From positions 37,689-101,688 of the IMG/VR virus record IMGVR_UViG_3300030061_002429: a stretch of 64,000 nt of DNA, one strand, 5' to 3'. The stretch is from a virus. Below, piece after piece: positions 12,401 through 21,400 of the stretch. The notes under the pieces were generated by a model. That model was not told the DNA's origin. It ran no database searches and saw only the letters and a program-made list of their open reading frames with translations. The position numbers were made by a program, and so were the translations under genes. How positions within the stretch are numbered: the first letter of the stretch is position 1; each line of letters begins with the position of its first letter.

Positions 12401-15400
12401 TGACGGATATTGAAGCGGCTACTCGTGAAATTGTGCGTTTAATCAATCAAGGCAGTGCAAAGAATGGTCGAACTCACGCACGTCGTCCATCTCAACAATA
12501 CCCCGGTGAAAGTGAAAACCTTGACCTTACACGTATTGGTGTACGACAAGACGTGACTTCCGAAGCAAAAGACCCCAGTAGCGCACACATCAATGCTGAT
12601 TTCGCCGCTACGGGTTCAACCTATGACCCTGCACCGTGGTGGTTTGTAGAAGAAGCATTTGATACTCACGACCGTGGTAGCCACATGGGGTATGTACGTG
12701 CTCACATTGGACGTGTTGTTGAAGACATGAATGGTAATGAGGGCTTCTCAATTGTCATTCACTCCACCGTACCCGGTGCATCAGGTCGTAACTTCTGTGT
12801 ATGGCTTGACAACAGTAAGGGTCAATCGAACTACAAGCCGCAATTCCTTATTGGACACGGTGGGCGATTCCGTAACTTTTGGTGTCAGCCTGATGAAACA
12901 CTGGGCGAGAACATGCATCCAGCCCCAATGCCTCTTAACAAGCATGGTCGCCCATTTGCTCCTGTTACAACACTGCGTGAGTATGTACTTCAAGAAGAAC
13001 CCGATGAGCCATTTACCAACAACCATGATGTCGGTAATCGCAAATCAAACAACTCATCAGAAAACCGCAATGTATCGGCACGTATTGGTGGTATCAATCA
13101 CAATACTGTATCGGATGAGTCGTTTGAAGTCCAAGGTCTTTCGACCAATCTTGTCGAAGGATTGCGAGCAGGTAAGCAAGCAGTTGGGCGTATCAACTTT
13201 GGTGGGCTTGTTGCATCAGGAGTACCCGGCTTTGCACCCGATGCAGGTACACATGGCTTTGGTCGAAGAGGTGATGAGCGATTCGATTACAAATACGGTG
13301 AAGCCATTAAGTTTGGTGACAGTGACCCAACTGCTATCGCTTCATACACAGGACATGTCAATCCAAGTGATGTCACAGAAGATGCAATCGGGGATTCACC
13401 ACTATACGGTTTCAGATTTACCGACCATAGAGGTCGTGGGTATGGTGTACGTTATGTCTACCGTAAATTCGGTCAAGCGTTTTCCGATGAAAATACTACA
13501 TTACCTTCGACCTTAGAAGATGAAGTTATCATTCACATCAATGATGACGATGTTTCAATGGGTGGGTTTACTCTTGGTGGTCATATGCTCGGTTGGGGTG
13601 ACCCAACAGGTCGCTTAGATGTATCAGGACTTCAACTCTCTAAATGGCGTGGTAACCAATGGAGAGGCATGTACGCACCAAATGCAGGTGTTGATGCCGA
13701 AGTAACATGGGACGGTACAGCAAACACACTCACTGTTGTGTTTGAAGCACCATTCAATACTGGTGCTTCTTCATCACCATTAGCAAATCACCCTGATTTA
13801 CTTGGCTATCTTGGTTATCCTCATACCAATGGTGTCATTCATCTCCATGACACATTTACGGGTACAACTGATAAAGGGGTTGTTGGAAACGCATTGTCTT
13901 ACGAATCACGTACAGTGGATGATATAACGGGTACACATATCTTTTACGGGGTACGTGGAGAATCCTTTGTATCATCTCACTACGTGAGTAGCGGAACTGT
14001 AACAGATGCAATAAGGACACAACCTCACGCTTCAGACAACACTATGCGTGTGTTACTATCATCACGCATTAACTGGACAACACTGGTCACCGACGAAGTG
14101 CTTGCGTACGCTACCAACGTGGCTATCAATCATCCTAATCCAAATCAAGAAGATGGAATAGCAGTTGATGTACGTCGATTGTATGCGTGTGACGGTCGTA
14201 CGCTCGGTGAATGGGGCGTAGCCGAAGATGCAATCATTGTACGCTCGCACAACCCACAGCGTGGTGCTACGCCAATTTCAAGCATGTTCTCTTCAAAACT
14301 GCATACCGACTATGCTATACAAGCGGCTCATCTTGAGTACGGAGAATATGAAACATTAGCAAAGGACGCTACTGGGATTTACGCATTCAGTTCATCATCC
14401 GATGCTGTGCATCAACCGATAAGTGATGCACTACTTGACAAGAATAGACAAATTGACGCAGGGTATCTTCCAAGAACAGTACTGCAAATTCGCACAAAAG
14501 GACGAGGGTATCACGCCAACACCCCTACGCCTATCCTTGTTGATTCGTTTAACGACCCTGTACCAGTCGATGCGTGGCGAAAGAATCTGAAAGGTATCAC
14601 ATTCACATCAACAAGTGGTGACCATATCTTACCTGCACTTAACAACGAAATGTTGTTGTTCAATCATTATCAACACTCCGCAAAATACTTTTACCATACA
14701 ACTACAGATAACGGTATTTCTCATGCGCTTATTCCAGCAGGGCAAGAAGGTGCTACAATTGACACTTTTGCTAAAGAGGCATCTTTTGGTGAGCAAAAAC
14801 GTTTCTACTTTACCGATGTACAATATGCCTTGCTTAATTCTATACAGGGTACAAACTCGCTCACTCGTGTTGAATGGGGAAGAGATGACTTTGCAAACCA
14901 AGATTGGGTAGACCATTTCACTGCAAATTTCAGCAATGAAGACCACATATTAATGCGGTTTGGTAATCAAAAGATAGGTGGTCGTCGCTCATACGGTGCT
15001 GTTGATGCTGAACCGCTTGTTTACTTCAAAGGCGCAAAAGACAGCAACGACCATTCCGTACCACTGTACTTTGGTGGTGGTTTTAGCGGCGTAGTGCTGG
15101 ACATTAACGACGGTACAGAAAACGATTATTCATCGTTCTATACACACCCGTATTCCAATGGACCAACAGGTACAGCAGGTATACAAAATGCCAACGAGAT
15201 TTCTACTTCATTTGCTATTGTAGACTGCAATGCGTTGCTTGCATTCTTCCCTGCTACACCATTACTAAATCAACACCGTGGGAGTTTAACGCACCCAGTA
15301 GCCAACCGTAACAATGTCCTTTCACCCGATTTAGCGGCTGGAGCACACACAAGACACACCGATACACCTGCACACGTTGTAGCAAGATACACGGCAGGTA

Positions 15401-18400
15401 TCGTACAGCAAAAACCATCACCGCTTGTGTTGCGTGTAGCGAATCCAAATGCACGATACAAAGACACAGATGTGGGTGAAACACACACGACGTACATTAT
15501 CTTTGGTCCCGGTCAAGCCTTCCCGTTTACGGAAATGACAACAGTCAATTCGGATGAACAACCTCACCCCGGTTATGTTGTCACAACTGGTAATACATGG
15601 AGCAAAGTACCTGCTAACAAGAATCTACCAAATGAAATCAAAAACTCCGACGATAAATACGGACCACCATCAAGTACGTATCAATCAGCACGTCAAGTAT
15701 TCCATTGGAACACAACATGGAATTGGTCACCAGCGCAAGGTATACCTAACATTGGCACAACCACTGGTGCTGGACTTATACAACGTCCTGAACATGGTTC
15801 GCACTATGGTGAGCATTTTACAGGACATGTTGCTGTTACGTTAAACAATCTTGAAGATTATCGAAAAGCACATCCGTACAAGTTTGTAGGTGCAATGTAT
15901 TACGGTATCGCTATGGGTGCTGATTTGTGCTTCCACATGGACGGTGGTTATCATCCCGGTGGTTCTTGGATGGACAACCAGTTATCATTTAATCCACCAC
16001 ATGTCATTAGTGATTACAAAATAAATCGAGGACATAATATTGTACACCCATCAGCATTCCGTGTATCGGGTAAACTTGCAAACAATTTTGTTACAGGTGT
16101 AAGTAATGAAAACATTGCTTTATTGTATGAAGATGAGTTCATTGTAGTTGATGCTACACGTTGTCAAAACGGTGAAGAGTTGGCAACCGTACTCGGACAA
16201 TCCATCAATGAGTTCCCCGGAAGCAGTGCTATCAAAGCGATGGGTGGTACATTTGCACCTTCAATGGGTAATGCTATGCGTCAAGACCGATATGGTTGGA
16301 TTGAAATGTCATTTGAATCTTATACTGTAGACGGTCCACCAGTTGCAATTACTTCTTCAAAAACAATTTTGATAGCAAGTATATCAGGAGCATCTCAAGC
16401 AACGCTTGAACAAATACCCGCATGTGGGTGGCTCCGTACACCTGATGGTGGTACAACAAATGTTGGTTCGGGTGACATACCTACGTTTGCTCCATATCAT
16501 AGTCGAGAAGTTGTTTATGATAGCGGTAGTAGTAGTTACAAAGTGCATTTCTTACTTGCCCCAAACCGTTCATCGAGTCTACCTTTAATGGAAAGTCTAC
16601 GCACATATGATGATGTAGAACAAGGAACTTACGCCGCAGGTTTATCACATCCCGATTATGCAGGTGGAAATCCTACTGCTGTTTATGTGTGGTCAAAGGC
16701 AGGTGTGCATCGTTTCAACAATGAAAATGACTCAACTCGTGACCACATGACACAGGTACACTTTAGCGGTATAGTCGATGCTATTGACCGTACACGCCCC
16801 GTAGGTGCAGTAGGATGGGCAGGGGAGCGTTATTCGTACCTTAACTCTCTTAAGGTAGGTTCGGAGCAGTATGGTGCAGGTTTAGGTGCATGGCATCCAA
16901 TGCTTGGATTTTCACCGTATGGACCGAGTAACAGTTGTATGACAGCGTTTGGTCATCTTGCACATAGTAACCCAATTCCTTTTTCTCCTGAAGGAATAAA
17001 CAGAATCAATAATCAAACTATAGTGAGTGATGCCATCATCAGTAACATATATTCATGGAAGTATGGACTTCCGTCTACTGATGATTATTATGCAACAGAT
17101 TACGCTTTTGAACAGGCTGATAACTCCATTTTAGGAAAACAACCAGTAACATATCGTGATAATAGTGATGACACATTCGCACTACCACGTAGCCTTCACA
17201 TGCCTCAAGGTGTGTACAGTCGAGCGTTTGTTGTTATATCGTACGAAAGCGAAATGGCACTTGTAGCGAAGCACGACAGGGACGGTATCAAAGCAACAGG
17301 TGACTGGCTTTCTGTATCATCGAAAGTCAATGTTGATAGCGTAATCCCTGCAACAGCCATCACGTTTGCAGGTACTACACGATGGGATGAGCGTATTCAC
17401 AATCCTGAACGATTTACAGCACCCGCTAATGCTGGACCCAACGTAGAAGCATTGGTGAGAAAGGACGGTTCTGACCCGTTTACAATGCCTCAAGCGGAGT
17501 ACCCAAGTGCATTCAATTTTGGAGCACCATTGGCAAATGATGAAGATTTATACAACGCTGAACCTTGTTTTAATGAAACGGGTGATTTGTTTTATGATAT
17601 AGACATTAGCCCCGGTGCTTTCCATTTAGAAACAAGTGCGGGTGTTGAACGTAATTTACAACTTAAATACATTACAGGCAGTACAGATGCATCAATTACT
17701 TCTCGTTACACTATAAGCGGTGCTCGTGACTTTTGGGGCGGTGATTTGAATGCATTCCGTCTTGCTGAACATTCACCAGCAAGGAATTTCTCAATTGAAA
17801 ACATTGTATGGAAACGTATGGACGGTGGCAACTTATCACTCCCTGCTGTCAATGCTCGTGGTCTTGGTGCAGTACCGTTTATCACTCGTGTATCGGGCGG
17901 TACAGCCTACACCACTGGTGAAAAATTGTTTGGTAATTGTCGGTTCTCATTTGAAACAACGAACTCGGCAATGTACCCAATCATACAGGCACAGGAGTTG
18001 AGTCATCCACAAATTGCGGCTCGACATCCCGATGAGTTACGTAACGTGCTTGAGATACCGAATGAAGAGTTGCAATTCTTAGCCATGTCTGTTGTGGACG
18101 ACACTGGTCAAGAACATTCAATCGAAGGTGGTTCGCCGTTTGGTACAATCATACGTTCATTCAAACAAATTTCAGACCGTACAGCCGAGGGGTTAGCACC
18201 ATCGGAAGCGGGAAGCGGTGTTGAGCCAAACTTGAAGATTCAACTACCTGATGCTGATGCTATTCCCGGTAACATCATCGTACGTAGTGGATTTGACCGT
18301 CTACAAGCCTATCAGAACGAAACAATGGGTACGGGCGGTATGCTACGTCCAAACATCGAAACGGGCATAGAGGGCATCTTTACAGACGCTACAGACGGTC

Positions 18401-21400
18401 CACGCTTAGGACCGACGTTTAGTGACCATGAATACGACCATATCAGTCAAAACTCCGTAGGCGAAGCCTTCCCCGATATGACACGAAAGGGTTGGAAGTC
18501 GGCAACCAACAATGCACCACTAAAGACATCGTACGAACTGCATGACCGAGCCTTGTTCTTCCACATTACCAAGAACGGTAACTCGCACACGCATCGCTAT
18601 CCTACAATCTACACACACGATAATGGTGTCATCAACAACGCTCTCACGGCACAGACGTATTCAGGCACTACTTTAACAGTGAATGCAACTATCAATACAA
18701 CATTGTATCGTGACGCATATGGTGATTCACAGAAAGACGATGGTGGTACACGTCGATTTTTACGCATATACGACGACGCAACTGGTGAAAGTGGTGTTGC
18801 CTCGTTCACTGGAATATCGACCAATACATTCACTGGTTGTGTAGGTGATTCAGCATTCGATGCTATTGTTGCTAAGAGCAGTATAACGTCATTCAGCGTC
18901 GTGCCTTCATACTACGTACCTGCTGGTAGTAACCGATTCTTTGCGGCACGTCGAATCCGTGACCATGCGGAAGTAAGCGGTAACAGCCCTGACATGGCAC
19001 ACTCGATGTATGTGACTGGACATGGTGGACCGAATGTATTGTGTTATGATGCATACAAAAAGACACGACTTACACCAATGGCAATTCCACGTATGGGTCA
19101 TCACTTCGTTAATGCTACGCAAGCCATGTTACCCGGACATTGGGCGCACCCTGCGTATCAAGGATTGTACTTTAAGCACCGAGCCGACCGTTCAGCAACG
19201 CAAAAGAATCTTGAGCAAGACCTCATTCAAAGCACTGCTCTCGATACCGATAGGTCGAACTTACCAGCAGATACCCAACGTAAGTTACCAGTCTATGACC
19301 CTATGATTACATTCGGCGCAATGACTGCTACACCAAGTGGTCCGAGTGATATTCACGGCGGTGGATTTACACTCATGTTTGAAACCAAAGTCAAGTACGA
19401 TGGCTATGGTGTGTTGGCTTCAAAAGGTCAAGCGGGTGTTGTAAACTCGAAAGGTGGTCATACTATTGTATTGGAAGCAGGTGCTACATATACCCTTAAG
19501 CATCACTTCCCTGACCCATCAGAAGTTGGTGCGTACCAAATCATCATTCAACCTAACGTACACAAGTCACAGTTTTACGGCTACCACGAAAACGGCAGTG
19601 CTACTGGACTACCTGATGGTTCGGTTAATGAATTAACTGGACAACAAGTAGCGTTAGTTATCGGTATACGTGAGCCTGATTCAGCCACAGGTGGACTTGG
19701 TTTGGTCTTAGCCGAAGCAACTATGGCCGATGTACGTGGTTGTGAAGTGTTCATCAATGAGGTTATGCTTGACCATGACCCTGATTATGGTGGACAACTG
19801 GCAAACATACCTCCGCTATTGCTGTACAATGCGTTAGGTGTACAAGGTACAGAAGCACCTGCATTTACACGACGAAGCCTACCGTATCACCCCGGTATGT
19901 TTGTCGATGCTACACCCGGCTTTACAACCAACATACCGTGGTGGTCAATCGTTCACAAAATAAGTCCTGAAGATTCATCAGCAGTAGGATTCCGTCATTT
20001 GACATGGCACAGAATTGATAATTACTACGAGTTCTTACGTGCTGGTGCTGGAAGCATTGCGTGTCAATTGACTCTTGCAGGTTATCCGTCCAACTATCCT
20101 GACTTCTATTCGACCGTATTAGAAAATGTTAGCCTCTCACCTGTTGCTGTGGTAAAGTCGGTGTCTTCAACGCTTATCACTGTCGATGATGCAAGAGGCT
20201 TTCCTAAAGTGCCATACTATGGTATGAAGTTGGAATACACTGATGCTGACGGTATTCGACGTACACATACATACACTGAACGCAGTGGTAATGATGCAAC
20301 ATACATGAACAAACCGTATAGATTCACCATTACTGCATCTTCAAATTTCACCAATAACCTTACTGTGGGAACAAAGATTCGCTTGACTCGTGCATATGAT
20401 TTCCGCCCTGCTGGAAAATTGATGAAGGAATCGAGGTCAAGTATTTTTACACGCATGTTACCTCAATTACTACAAGGTAGTCGTGATACAAACAGCCTTC
20501 ACATGGCTGATGCATATCTATGTTTATGGAATCCAAACCTTGGCCGACCGCACACATTTTATTCAGATGGAAGTCGTACATGGTTGAGTCCAACTGGTGA
20601 CAGGGCAGTTAATCGAAAACCACTGAACAGCCTACCTGAACACTATGAAACCATCCATTACCATGATGCAACATACTACAACAGTTTAGGTCCGTTTACT
20701 TTTACAATGAATACAACAAGACCGATTCAACCATTAGTTACACACGCACTAAGTGATAGGATAATCGTATCAACTGCGAGTAATGTCATAACAACGGCAC
20801 ATTCGCCACCATCATTACCAAATGATACGATTCAAATTGAAAATGAAATTTTTGTTGTTGTGAGCGATACAGGTGCTTTGCTAACTGTGAATCGTGACAT
20901 AACGCATCTTACAAATGGTAGTAAGATATACATTCATGGAGATGGGGATGCAGTAACAGCAGGTGGGTTGCATAGTGATTACACGGCTCAAGGTGGTACA
21001 GATGTCATGCTCAATCATTACTGGCCGTGTGGTAGTCGTGGTGGGCCGCTTACCAGTCGCCTTGATGGGTATGGGTATGTAAGCACTGCGTGGGATTATC
21101 CACAAGAGTATACATCAGACGGTCCTGTATGGGAAGACCAAGATGATACTGGTTCATACGTAGTAAGCAGTGGTATCACAAAAACATCGTATGATTCAAT
21201 CAGTAGCCCTACACGACCTCGACCCTTTGGTTACCGCTTCGGATTGCGACAACCCTACAATAAACCACAGTGGGCTATGTACGGTGCTCGTGCATATCGA
21301 GAAACGCCTATCTCTTCATCAAACACCATTGCGGGGTATCAGCATGGTCCTTTGGTGCAATTAGAAGAAAGAACTACTGGAAACAAGTGGGAATACGTTG

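Noticed and set aside
12731-13516. 261-aa alternative-frame ORF within the giant gene, and the 223/228-aa ORFs within the SNF2 gene
   Set aside because: No recognisable motifs or clear RBS; composition fits codon-bias shadows of the real genes.
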